A stretch of 64,000 nucleotides of DNA from Eledone cirrhosa (Eukaryota). Numbering within the stretch: position 1 is the stretch's first letter; the number at the start of each line of letters is the position of its first letter. The notes under the pieces were generated by a model. The model was not told where the DNA came from. It saw nothing but the letters and a program-made list of their open reading frames with translations, and made no database searches. A program made the translations under genes and the position numbers. The DNA is taken from NCBI GenBank assembly GCA_964016885.1, contig OZ024747.1, forward strand, positions 79,422,001-79,486,000, written 5' to 3'. This document shows positions 40,837 through 53,417 of the stretch, piece after piece.

Positions 40837-40841
<5 letters not shown>
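40450..40841 (-). mobile_element. Fold-back element with ~113-bp arms (40567..40679 / 40729..40841), each containing a hammerhead
   Basis: Inverted arms visible; unique tail carries AAGCACTCAACAATGAGT. Confidence 0.88.
40608..40673 (-). ncRNA. Type I hammerhead ribozyme motif (mirror copy on + at 40735..40800)
   Basis: tattttat-CTGATGA-gga c gtactga/tcagtac c tct-GAAA-tatgta-TA-ataaaata. Confidence 0.8.
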
Positions 40842-40881
<40 letters not shown>

Positions 40882-40884
<3 letters not shown>

Positions 40885-41310
40885 GTTATGTTTAATTTGT
40901 TGGGATTCAACAAGCTTAAAAATTGTTATAACTGATATAAAGCACTCAACAATGAGTGGAGTAAATACACAATATATTAATAAATGGAAACTATATTTAT
41001 AAAACCATATTTATTTTATTATATATATTTCAAGGGCAACCAAGGCAAATTATGGTGCGCTTTCATCAGATAAAATACAGATTTGTTTTATAAATAAATA
41101 TTGACATACCCGGAAAAAAGACAACCTTAACGGTTCATGAAGCTTCAACCGTTAAGGTTGTCTTTTTTCCGGGTATGTCAATATTTATTTATAAAACAAA
41201 TCTGTATTTTATCTGATGAAAGCGCACCATAATTTGCCTTGGTTGCCCTTGAAATATATATAATAAAATAAATATGGTTTTATAAATATAGTTTCCATTT
41301 ATTAATATAT

Positions 41311-41315
<5 letters not shown>
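40882..41315 (-). mobile_element. Fold-back element with 169-bp perfect arms (40967..41135 / 41147..41315), each containing a hammerhead
   Basis: Perfect inverted repeat with 11-nt loop; unique tail carries AAGCACTCAACAATGAGT. Confidence 0.9.
41205..41270 (+). ncRNA. Type I hammerhead ribozyme motif (mirror copy on - at 41012..41077)
   Basis: tattttat-CTGATGA-aagcgcacca...tggttgccctt-GAAA-tatata-TA-ataaaata; 8-bp stem I, predicted cleavage after 41262. Confidence 0.82.
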
Positions 41316-41354
<39 letters not shown>

Positions 41355-41413
41355 CACACACATCCCAGCTTACGGTCGGTTTAGTCGTACAAACCAACAA
41401 ATGATGAACTTAG

Positions 41414-41451
<38 letters not shown>

Positions 41452-42189
41452 CAAAGAATATTCTATTCATATTTATACATACTTATAACATATGTACACT
41501 ACACACACACACATACAGACACAGACACATACAGACACACAGACATATACAGACACAGGCACACAGACACACACTGGATCACGACTAAAAACGTGGCCTG
41601 GATACTATTGACCAGAGAGAGGAGAAGAGTGTAAATGAATTAATATCTTAATTCAGTGTTCTAAATAAATAAGCTTTATTGTTGTTCATATTGTAGTACA
41701 TCATGTGTGTGTACGTGTCAAATATGCATCTGTGTGTGTACGTGTCAAATATATGTGTGTGTGTGGAAGTGGGACGTTGTCTTGTGTATGTCTTCTATAT
41801 ATGTATGTCTTTATATATATATATGTGTGTGTGTGTGTGCGCGCGCATCTGTATACACGCATAGTCTATTTAACGAAGTCTCTTGTCAAATTGATGATTA
41901 TAGTGCGAGCATAAGTGAAATTGTCTGAGTGAGAAACAGAGTCTGAGAGAGGTAGAGAGACAGTGAGAGAGTGGCATGGAGATAGAGAGAGAGTGTTGGT
42001 TTGTAATTTAAATAAACATCCTTGACAGTCCTTTACTTTCTCAGATGTTGCTCCCATCTCGCCCTCTTTCCTCAGATATCTGATTTATGAATGCCATGCA
42101 AACACAAGAAGCATACCTAAAACTGTGATGTTACTGATGATCTCTGTGGACATACATATAAGAGTACAAATGCCTCTGGTAGTGCACAG

Positions 42190-42282
42190 GATAATATACA
42201 GAATAATATACAGATTATATACAGAATAATATACAGAATAATATACAGAATAATATACAGGATAATATACAGATTATATAAG
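42190..42282. repeat. 12-bp tandem repeat (ATAATATACAGA)n
   Basis: Seen directly. Confidence 0.9.
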
Positions 42283-42601
42283 TATAATAGTTACAAGTAA
42301 TAAAACACGAATTTGAATCTATCAATTTCGACATTCACCAAACTTATATATCTAGATATGTATGTATGTATATACATATCTAGTAGTAACACAACAGATA
42401 GTTCACCATATATATATATAGATAGATATATATATATAGAGAGAGAGATATATAGAGAGAGACAGAGATTTAATATAGAAATGGCTTCTACAGGACTAGA
42501 ACTGTTTCATTCGAAGGAAATTTTGTATATACTCTACTAATGTATTGAGTACCTCACTTATTGTGGTTACCCCTATTGAGCCCGGGACTCACACACCCCC
42601 C

Positions 42602-42683
<82 letters not shown>

Positions 42684-42807
42684 AGAGTGCGTGTGTACAC
42701 ATGAGATTTTAGTTTTGTTTGATTAACAAATCTGATGAGCAAATTGGGGTTGGAGTCGGGTCTATAACATTAATATGTATCCTGAACCACGCATCTGTGA
42801 AACGGTC

Positions 42808-42857
<50 letters not shown>

Positions 42858-43118
42858 GGAAAAAATGAAACGAAATTTCATTTCCCACTCTTAGTGTGGC
42901 TGTTACTTAAATATAAGTATGTACACGTACATACATATATGTATACAGACGTACAGTAGTATGTATATATATATACATACATGCACACATATATATATGT
43001 ACGTATGGATTGACCGAACATTTATTATAATGCTCGGTGTGTTTGTAAACAAACATCCCGTATTAAGCCATAGTGTCTAGCAACCATCGTTGCCCGTTTG
43101 TTCAACACTGACAAAGGA

Positions 43119-43161
43119 ACGCTGTACTAGTTTCAAGCTTATTAGCTATCGTCAGCAACGT
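43119..43161 (-). ncRNA. Minimal hammerhead ribozyme motif (paralogue of 8242..8284)
   Basis: acgttg-CTGACGA-tagc taataa gctt-GAAA-ctag-TA-cagcgt. Confidence 0.72.
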
Positions 43162-43557
43162 ATACCTTCCTGCCAGATTGTTGAACGTATATACTTACCT
43201 TATGCATATTAACGGCTGAGTATATATATATATATATATATAGTATAAATAAAGTTTCATACACTTAACATGTATGTGCTATCATTCGTTTCAGGTCCAG
43301 TCGTGGCTGAGGTAGTGATTGAGTCGCTCCAACCAGCAAAACTACGGAGCTTTGGAATAATAACATCAAACGCATGTCTGTCTCCAGATTAATACATTAC
43401 AGTGTCTCACAAATGAATTACCTAATAGGTCATCTGAAGATGTCGTGCCATGGATTGCATCGTGGTATCATAATATAATCATTTCACCACAGGAATACGT
43501 ATTATGGTTAATTGGGTAATTAAAGAAGTTGTGAAATCTAACCTTCATATTGTATTA

Positions 43558-43593
<36 letters not shown>

Positions 43594-43705
43594 CTGAGTT
43601 CAAACCCCGCTAAGGTTAACTTTACCTTTCATCCTTACCGGGTCGATAACATAAAGTACCAGTAATGTACTTGGTAATTGGTGGCCTTGTGCCAAAAGTA
43701 GAAAC

Positions 43706-43737
<32 letters not shown>

Positions 43738-43741
<4 letters not shown>

Positions 43742-43810
43742 CGTCCCAAAAAATGTACACTTCAACAGCATTCTAATAAAAGTGTGTATACATTTTTTGG
43801 AACACTATAT
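43738..43810. mobile_element. Tiny Tc1/mariner-like MITE
   Basis: TA-flanked GCGTCCCAAAAAATGTA...TACATTTTTTGGAACAC inverted ends. Confidence 0.55.
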
Positions 43811-44369
43811 ATGACTAGTATTGTATATGTATGTAAACAGAGGTATTGTGTCAAGAAAGGTAAGGAATATTGTAACCAAAGAAGAGAACGATAGTAAAAA
43901 CCAAAACTGTCGCTAAAGAAGATTAATAGAAGATATAGAGAGATGTTAAAGAAGTCACCATCTCAATATTCTTAGGTTACAAGACAGAAAGACTTACAAA
44001 ATGGCCTCCATCAGTCTCACGACAAGAATTCCGGTTATTTGATCAATGGAGCAAACTGGTCGGGAAATTTACATGCAAATAAGCAGTAGATCATTCCACA
44101 CATATACGCATATCTTTAATGTAAATTATCAGATAGAATTAGTGTGACAAAGCTATACTTAGAAAAGAATGGATACACAATAGTGTGTGTATATTATGTT
44201 TGTTACAAAGTAGTTGAAATTGTTATACAATGAGAATAACAATCATGAAAGAAATAATTCTACTTAGAGATAAATGGACACAAACACTGTGTATATTATG
44301 TTTTAAGAAGATACTTGAAATTCTGAATTTCAGAACTCACAGATCTCCAATTGGGAACTACTATATTAA

Positions 44370-45345
44370 ATAATTGTTTCTACTTTTGGCACAAGGCCAG
44401 CAATTATTCAGTGCATTACTGGTACTTTATTTTATCGACCCCATAAGGATGAAAGGCAAAGTTAACCTCGACAGGATTTGAACTCAGACCATAAACGGCC
44501 GTAACTCTTTGCTGCAAAGCATGGCGTCCGACCCTCTACCAATCCACCGCCCTTAATTAAATATTGTCCATACTACATTAAATAATTGTTTCTACTATTG
44601 GCACAAGGCCAGCAATTACCCAGTGCATTACTGGTACTTTATTTTATCGACCCCGTAAGGATGAAAGGCAAAGTTAACCTCGGCGGGATTTGAACTCAGA
44701 ATGGCAAGGGCCGTAACTCTATGCGTCAAAGCATGGCGTCCGACCCTCTACCGATACTGCCAATTCACGTCCTTGATACATACTGTCAGGGGGAAATGAC
44801 TGGTTGGCCACAGCCTGATCACCATCAAAGGTGTTTGTTAAGTCAGAACGGTGGTGTGGCCGAATAAGAAGAGCTATGTCAGGGGTGGTCTAAATATTAC
44901 ACGAGACAATTGATCGTCTGCTTGTAGGATGTCCAGTGATAGCTAACACAGAATGGTTTGACAATGAGTGTTCCAGTTGTTCGATAAATGGAATAACCTC
45001 CTCATGGAATTATATGCAGCACTCCACAAACATATGTACCTTTAACCACAATTCTCAGGGAGATTCAGTGTGTGATAAAGCTGGCCATTTTAATTGAAGG
45101 TACAACTCATAAATCATTCTTTTGTTCTCTTTTCATAGATGTTAGAAACTAATAATTGTTTCTACTTTTGGCACAAGGCCAGCAATTACCTCAGTGAATT
45201 ACTGGTACTTTATTTTATCGACCCCGTAAGGAAGAAAGGTAAAGTTAACCTCGGCGGGAAATGAACTCAGAACGTAAAGGGCCATAACTCTATGCTGCAA
45301 AGCATGGTTTCTGACGCTCTACCGATACTGCCAAACCACCGCCCT
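44370..45345 (-). mobile_element. Three SINE family A copies (about 44370..44552, 44580..44772, 45150..45344)
   Basis: Match the family consensus. Confidence 0.85.
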
Positions 45346-45864
45346 ATCACATGTTGGATACGAGTCACTTTCACTTCTAATATAAAGATGGATTATTGGA
45401 TATTGGATTTTGCCGAGGCGGTACCCCAGCATGACCACAGACTTACAGGCTGAAAAAACAAGTAAAAGAATCGGAAATGGCGGGCTGGGTAGTACCGTAT
45501 CATAAAAAATGGTATACCGCTACCATAAAAAAAGATGAAAGTAGCTTAAAGATGTTGTTTCGTTGATGTCGTCAATCGCTATATTCTACCAGACACACGT
45601 TTAATTTCATTTATCTAATCCTACATATGAAGCCCAACCATATTAAACGTGTGTCAGGTAGAATCCAACGATTAATGAGTTTAGCGAGAACGATTGGTAA
45701 CACCAACGCGACATCTGAAAGTTACTTTCAACCAAAGACGGTTTGATACAAGGTTTTCCGATACAAAGATCAATAGAAGCAAACAGATGCTACAGGTGGG
45801 TTTATGTCAAGATAAGTACAGCTGGTAAATTAAAGAGTTTATAGAAGTAGAAATACAATACACA

Positions 45865-46019
45865 GGCATGGATGTGTGGTTAAGGAATTCGTTTCAGAAC
45901 CATGCGGTTTTGGGTTCAATCCCACTGCGTGGCACCTTGGGCAAGTAACTTCTACTGTAGACTCGGGTTGACCAATGCCTTGAGCGAAATTTAGTAGAAG
46001 GAAAACGTGTGGATGCCCG

Positions 46020-46020
<1 letters not shown>
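45865..46020 (+). mobile_element. tRNA-derived CORE-like SINE
   Basis: TGGATGTGTGGTTAAG...GGTTCAATCCC...ACCTTGGGCAAGT. Confidence 0.65.
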
Positions 46021-46056
<36 letters not shown>

Positions 46057-47781
46057 AACTTCTAAAAACCCAAACGAGGAGTACCGTGAAAAAAAGTGCC
46101 CCAAAATAGGGAGAAATGAAACAAAATGGGGAGATTTTACATAATGAAAGCTATACTCATTTTCACAAGACATACAAATGTGAGTGGGAGATCTCCCGGT
46201 CGGACGGGGAGAGTTGGCAGGCCTGTGTATGTGTGTGTGTGTGTGTATATATATAGAGATAGATAGATACACACATAACAAGCATATCGGTCCACGAAGA
46301 CTCATCCAACCCTTGCTAGCAGATAAAACAGACATTAAATGATGATATATATGTGTGTGTGTGTGTGTGCGAGTAATGTCTGTCTCCGTTTATTTTGTAG
46401 TGACGAAATAAGTATTAGGATCAACTACACCCCTTCGAAAGGGTACCCCAGTATGGCCGTAGTCTAATGACTAAAACCAGTGATGATTGAAGGACTGGTT
46501 GAAATTGAGTGAGGAAGGGTTTTACAGGAAAAGTTGGGTGTGTCTAATAAAACTCTTTAAGTGTCAAACACGCATTCTTCAGCTCGTCCTGGTTCAGGCC
46601 AAAAGTTCCTCTCTCTCAGCAAGCACTGAATAATATTCTTCTGATAACTGTTAGCCAACTTCTCTCCTATCGTTAAATAATCTGTAATCTGCTCACTAAT
46701 TCTCTGTGTAGGTTCAGTATATTGCGACACGACTCTTATTGTTATTATTCAGGAAATGAGAATGTTAAAAGCAAGCACTCCACTATAACTAGTTGTAGGA
46801 GGTTGGTTGGTTGGCTTCCTATTTTCCTCGCTGCCTTTTCAAAGCGAGTGGACTTATACTTAATTAAAGGGATCAAATTATATTAGAAGTAGTTGACAGA
46901 AGAGGGAAGAAGGAATAAACGTTAAAAAATATTTATTTTGATCAAGCTTGAACTAATTTTGTTATGAGGAAATAGGTTTAGTGATATAATGAACCTAGTA
47001 TACACCAGTGTTTTACTGGTATCATTTATTGTGGCAAACCTAGTTGGGTGAACGGCAACTCTTATGTATAATTTGAGACAAATAGCTAGAAAGATAGGGA
47101 AACAAATATACAGCTATATAGATCCACCTGCTAGAAATAGCAGTCAATTCCCCCTTATAATTACACGCTACTGTTTCAAAATAAAAAAGATAGTCCTGGA
47201 TACATAGTGTGTGTGTGTGGGGGGGGGGGGATAACTAAAACGGGCTGGTCACAGCTGGAACGGCTTTGACCATAGGATTACTAGATGGGGGGGGGGGGGG
47301 GGCTAAACTACTACTATTAGTAGACAGAGGGACATAGATAGATAGATATGTACATAAACAATAGCAGATGACCATATACATATATACACATACATCCATA
47401 TATATATATATGCATACATTTATACATGTTACATGTATGTGTATATTTACATGTAACAGATTTGTTGACTGTTGACGACTAGATATAGACAGATATATCG
47501 ACATTATATAAATAAACACAGGGATGCAAAAAGACAGTCTTACTAGGCTATATATATATATATATATATATAACAAGCAAGATATATATATAGCGAGAGA
47601 TAGACAGATAGACAGTCTGCTCGTGAAATAGAAAGATAATTAGCATGATAGCTAGCAAAACACATAGCAGGACACGAAATTCAATCTGTCCACAAACAAA
47701 TTATAAAGCAAAAAATATTTTCGGACTTAAATATTATGCAGACGTGATGAAATAAAACAGATTACTATAGATTTGTTTAGC

Positions 47782-47842
<61 letters not shown>

Positions 47843-48019
47843 TGTGTATAGTAGTAGTGAAGTGCTTGTATGTGTGTGAGAGCGCGCACTGAATATGCAA
47901 TGTGGCCTAACATAACGGGCGAGATAGTTTAATTGAAGAAGTAAAGCCAAAACAAATTAGAACAAGTAAACATAGGAAAGTAGCCAGATTAGTTGTCTTG
48001 CTACTACTGCTGAAATTAC

Positions 48020-48200
48020 CTACCTATGCTAGTGCTGATGTTGCTCCTGATGTTGTTGTAGTTGCTAGTGCTACCACTTGTTTCGACAGTGGTAACGTTA
48101 TTGGAAGAACGTCGACAAAACGGAACCGGAAATACCACAAGTGTTTCACTCTCTAGCTACAGAGTATAATTTTGTTAGATTGGAAAGCGCCATATTGAAA
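48020..48200 (-). promoter_or_regulatory. Putative promoter and non-coding first exon, possibly of the dispanin gene
   Basis: CpG-richer patch with CCGGAA (about 48127) and YY1-like CGCCATATT (about 48188); minus-strand donor AG|GTAGGT at about 48023. Confidence 0.35.
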
Positions 48201-50505
48201 TATGATTTAGCTTCGCATGTAGAATTACATAAAAATTAAATTATGATATATATATATGTGTGCATGTCTTTAATTATTGCGGTAAATATACATATGCACC
48301 ACAATATTTTCAGTTTAATTAACAAATCGTAGAGAAGTTAACTTCGTCATTCTTCCTGGGGCCGATTGAATTACGCCTGTATTAGAATTCACTAATTACT
48401 AGTACACACATATATATATGTGTGTATGTATATTATTAGCACATTAAAAGTTTAAGCAAACAATTTTTGCTTTCATCCTAAAGCTGGAGTGAAAGCAGAA
48501 ATGATTTGCTTAAACTTTTAACCTGTACTAATAATATATATTTACAGGTTTAAATATATATACTGTATTACATCCCTTATTGAGTCCTCTCTGGTTTTTT
48601 GTCTTTGTAGTTATAACTACTATATATATATATATATCATCATTTTACATTCACATTCCATGCTGGCATTGTTTGGGAGGGTGATCACGTTCTTAGACTA
48701 GACAAGTTGGATGACCATGTCTAGCTCGTGTTTCATTTCAACATGGTTTCTACGGTTGGATATTCTTCCTAATGCCAACTACTTTACAGTGTCTACTTGG
48801 TGTATTTTATAGTGGCCCTAGCTCAATCAATTTAGAGAACATACTGGGTGCATTTTATCATGCCAACAACATTACCTCTTTATAGATTGTACAAGAAGAA
48901 TTTTATCATGGCAGCAGCTCTAATACTTTACAGAGTGTACTGGGTACATTTTATTATTGTCTAAAACTAATATGCTAAGGAAGCTGTGAAGTAACAAGAA
49001 AAATACTGTGCTGGTTGACTTGAAGATAAACAATGTACATCCAGCCTGAAAATTGATAGATGGTTGATAAAACCCCCATAAGTGATCAATAAACAACTAA
49101 AAGAGCTCTACCTGAATTAGATTAGTGCAGGATCTGCAGCATATAAGGTTAAAGGCAGTATAATACTATTGTATAAAGTACTTAGATTGGGGTTCCTGAA
49201 AATGTGGAACCCAGAGCTAATGCTAATCTTCCTACATTGTTAATTTGGTATTGAGGAAAGATATAGTTTAGCTAAGATCAAAGATGTTCATGAGTAGTTT
49301 CAGGGAATCTAATTAGCAGAAGGTGATAATTGTTTCTACTTTTGGCACAAGGCCAGCAATTACCCAGTAAAAGATAGTTTAGTCAAGTCATACTCAACAA
49401 CTGATCAATGGGCATATTCAGGATCAAATACATCAGACGTACCATTAAGACAAAAATAAAGTTGTCAGCAGCATAAATATCAGGAAAATCATTGATGAAA
49501 ATTAAGTCTAGGACCCCCCCCCCCCCCCCCCCCAAGCTGAAATTCTGAAGGACACAAGGTGATAATAGCAGGTAATCGGAGCTGATGGCTATAAGAGAAT
49601 GAGATGGTCAAAGTGGATGGTGATCAAAGCTGGATGATAAACACAGCAGGAGGTGATCAGAGCAGGAAGTTAATTACAGCAGGATGGGCCTATGGGTACT
49701 CAGGGGAAGTATGCAGAAGCTGCCTACATGTAATTAGATATTAATAGTTCTGTAATGGATTGCCTGGATGAGTATTGTCGTTTTAATGATGCTATTGGAT
49801 TGGTGTTGTGGTGCAAACCTATTTAGGAGTAATCCTGTGTGGCTTAAGAGTTGGATGTATGGCTTGGGTTGATGTAACTTGAGCTGCTTCTGTGCCAGTG
49901 ACATGTACTGTTATTTCTGGTTGAGTGATGGTATGTGTATGTAAATGTGGCCCTGTCAGAACAGGTGCTTATGTAAGTGCTAGACCTGGGTGGTGGCTCT
50001 GAGTATGGTCTTGTAGGGTCTGTTGGTGAGATTTAGGTGGAGTCATGATCATGTGAGCATCTGTACTGTGTGGACCTAGGTGAGTGTCAGCCAGTGCGGA
50101 GGCAAAATTGTGTGTGCAAATGTATTGTTTACCTAAGGCTATATATGCTGGTGTGGATGTGTACAATGGATGTTGGGAAAATAGTCTTACCCTCCTGGTT
50201 CATAAGAAGGTCTGAAGTGTTTACACAAAGTTCATCCTTTTTATTTCATAGTTGTTCCTCGGTGATGATATGGCCAGTTAACCATTAGCCCTTTTGGCAA
50301 TCAGTCAAGAACCATCTGTTGAAAGGGCAAGAGCTCAGCCATTGTGCCTTGACTTATAAAATAACCATACTCTACTATCCCAAGTATCAAGTACTCTGTT
50401 GAGTAATGGTCTAACTAGTTCTAGTTATGTTTGGTTTTACCCTCATATATATATATAACCCATGCTAGTGTGGAAAGTGGACGTTAAACAAGCAGGATGA
50501 TGATG

Positions 50506-50552
<47 letters not shown>

Positions 50553-50784
50553 AGGCAACACGGTAAAAACCTCCCAGCCCCACACTGTAAATGTGGTTGG
50601 TGTTAGGAAGGGCATCCAACTGTAGAAAACCCGCCAGACAGTCCTATGCGAGCAAGACAACCACTCTTGCCTCAAGTGGGAAAACCCCCGTCCAAACCCA
50701 TGCAAGCGTGGAACACGGACGCTAAACCTGATGATGATGATGATATATATATATATATTTCTTCTTTAATTTCTCATTCTATTT

Positions 50785-50820
50785 TCTGATGAAGGACTAG
50801 CATCTGAAACATTAAGACTC
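50785..50820 (+). ncRNA. Degenerate minimal hammerhead motif; second family copy on - at about 35128..35165
   Basis: CTGATGA-aggactagcatct-GAAAC; the other copy reads CTTATGA-a-ggac tagc gtcc-GAAACGTT-aaga. Confidence 0.55.
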
Positions 50821-50913
50821 TTTTCCTACTATATCAAGCGTAAAACTGATACATTTCTTCATTGTACTGTGTTGTTTGCTTGTTATTTCTCTTTATTTTT
50901 TACACACACACGC

Positions 50914-50952
<39 letters not shown>

Positions 50953-51800
50953 ATAAAATCGACCTACAATTAGAAATGAGTAGCAAAGCACTCAACAAGG
51001 ATAGGCCCTCAGAGTAATAGCATACATTTAGATAGCTTGACAAATTGAAAATTGTGGCAGGCAAAACCCAGCCATACAATACCAAAACAACGAAAGAACT
51101 AATCAGGTTAGACAACAGACCTGGACAAATCGAACGATATTCTGCAATATGTCCGATATGTTTCTATGAATCTGAAATCATCAATCCAACTTACATAATA
51201 CGTAAGCTTGTGGTATTCTATGATCAAACAGGGGATTCACGTCATCGACAGGTATTTTGATATATATATATGTACATATACATACAGACACATGTATGCA
51301 CACAAACACACACACATGCATGTACCACACACATACATACACGTGCACACATACACATGCACACACACACACATATCTACAGCTCCCTCTCTACCTTTGT
51401 TCATCATGCCAACATCCACAGATGTTCAAACTGAATATCACCCACCTCACACTCTGTCTGGTAAGGTCATAGACACTCCTCATCATCACCACCATCATCA
51501 CCATCACCACAAATACCACCATCACTATCATCACCACCACCACCGCCGCCACCACCGTCATCATCACTACCGTCACTGCTGCCACCACCACCACCATATT
51601 CTGGTACTGATTATCTCATAAAAAGGTTTATATTATATATATATATATATATATACACATACATATGTGTGTCTGTATGTCTGTATTATGTTTGTGTGTG
51701 TGTGTGTGTGCATACACACACACACACACACAGTGACATACAGACACTTGGTAGAATTAACATGAATAGAAAAGAAAATCTTCTAAATCCTCGTGTATGT

Positions 51801-51849
<49 letters not shown>

Positions 51850-51986
51850 CGTGGGTGTGTGTGCGTGTGTGTAAGAGATATAATATATCTGTACCAATAC
51901 AATACTAGTCAAATAGTAATCTTGTGTATGACTAATATTATTATATCATCCCAATTGATTACTAACAGAGCCGTCTAGATCATGGA

Positions 51987-52044
<58 letters not shown>

Positions 52045-53224
52045 GTATATATATCTAGATCATGGAATATATATATACATATATATATGTATATGTATAT
52101 GTATATATATGTATATATATTATAAATAGAAGTGGCTTCTGTGGGACTAGAACTGTTTCATTCAAATGAAACATGTTTAGTCCTGTAGAAGTCTTTTCTA
52201 TATATGATATAGATGCCTATACTCTACCAATGTATTGAGTCCTTTTTTTTAACTGTGGTTATCCCTGGACACAACTTGGGAATCTACATCTGTCTCTCTC
52301 TCTTTTTCTCTCTGTCTTTCTCTTTCACTTTCTGTCTCTCTTCCTCTCACTCTATATATGTGTGTATGTAGAGGCCATGTGTATTTTGTTTAAAATAGGT
52401 ACACTGCATCCTTGTGTGTCGTAAGAATCGATTAAAAGAGTTGAGGTCAGGAAGGACATCTGACTGTAAAACATTGTCCCAAACACCCTGTCCAAACTAT
52501 GCCAGTCTGGACATGCCGAGGTGAAAACGATAATGATGATGATGTAGAAATACATATGGTTAGCGTTATTGCTGTTTACGCAGTTATTACGATACTTATT
52601 TGTTGTGCTTATAATTTATATATATATACTTACAATACATGGCAATGTTTTCATTGATACTCAGAGTTTTATGATTGCATCTGATTAATCAAAACAGATT
52701 AGTCTAGTGTGCACCATCAATTTTCAACAATTATATCACATATACATTTATGCTACAAACACCATTTTAATAATGAAACAATTGATAAATTCTTCATGAA
52801 TTGATTCACATACAGCCTATGTTATTAGAAGTATGAGAATGAAAGGGTTAATTAATTCAAATACGGTGTATACCATTAGAAGTATGGTAACGAAAGGGTT
52901 AATTTAAAGGTGACAAACCAATGACAGAACCCCTATCAAGTTTCTATAACAACTGTAGTTAGATTACTTTAAAATAAAATTTTATAGTCTTATAAAAAAA
53001 AGGATTCTGTGGATAATACAGTACTCCCTGACTTATGACCCAACATGACTGAGTGATCAAGAAAGTTGTTTTGCAATCCTGAAGGCCTGATTTGCTACCA
53101 CTGTGTGGCATCTTTATATGATTTATTTAAATATCCCAGGGGCTTATTATTCTATGTATACATTAGATATTTGACTGAAATATACATTCATATATATTGG
53201 TAGGTGAATCGACAGAGTCCTTAA

Positions 53225-53417
53225 CCCTTTAGCATTTACATTATTCTATATTTACTGTTGTATTTTTGTGGTAAAGGCTTTACCTCACATAATATTGAAT
53301 CTATGAGATTTTGATATTTATTTTGAGAACAATACCTTAACATAAGTATGAGTCGCGGATTACAATCAGTTTGAACAGAAAGAACAGAAAATTCTGGCCG
53401 GTTTAAATACTAAAGGG
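53225..53417. mobile_element. piggyBac-like MITE (30008 family, opposite orientation)
   Basis: TTAA|CCCTTTAGCATTTA...TAAATACTAAAGGG|TTAA. Confidence 0.85.

Noticed and set aside
42780-42812. CTGAAC...GAAACGGTCGTA as a hammerhead
   Set aside because: The core deviates from CUGANGA and stem I is unconvincing
49000-50300. Possible decayed LINE endonuclease region on the minus strand
   Set aside because: Only a faint LDLIF-like motif; not supportable by eye
51208-51621. His-rich protein ORF
   Set aside because: (CAC/CAT)n and (CA)n simple repeats
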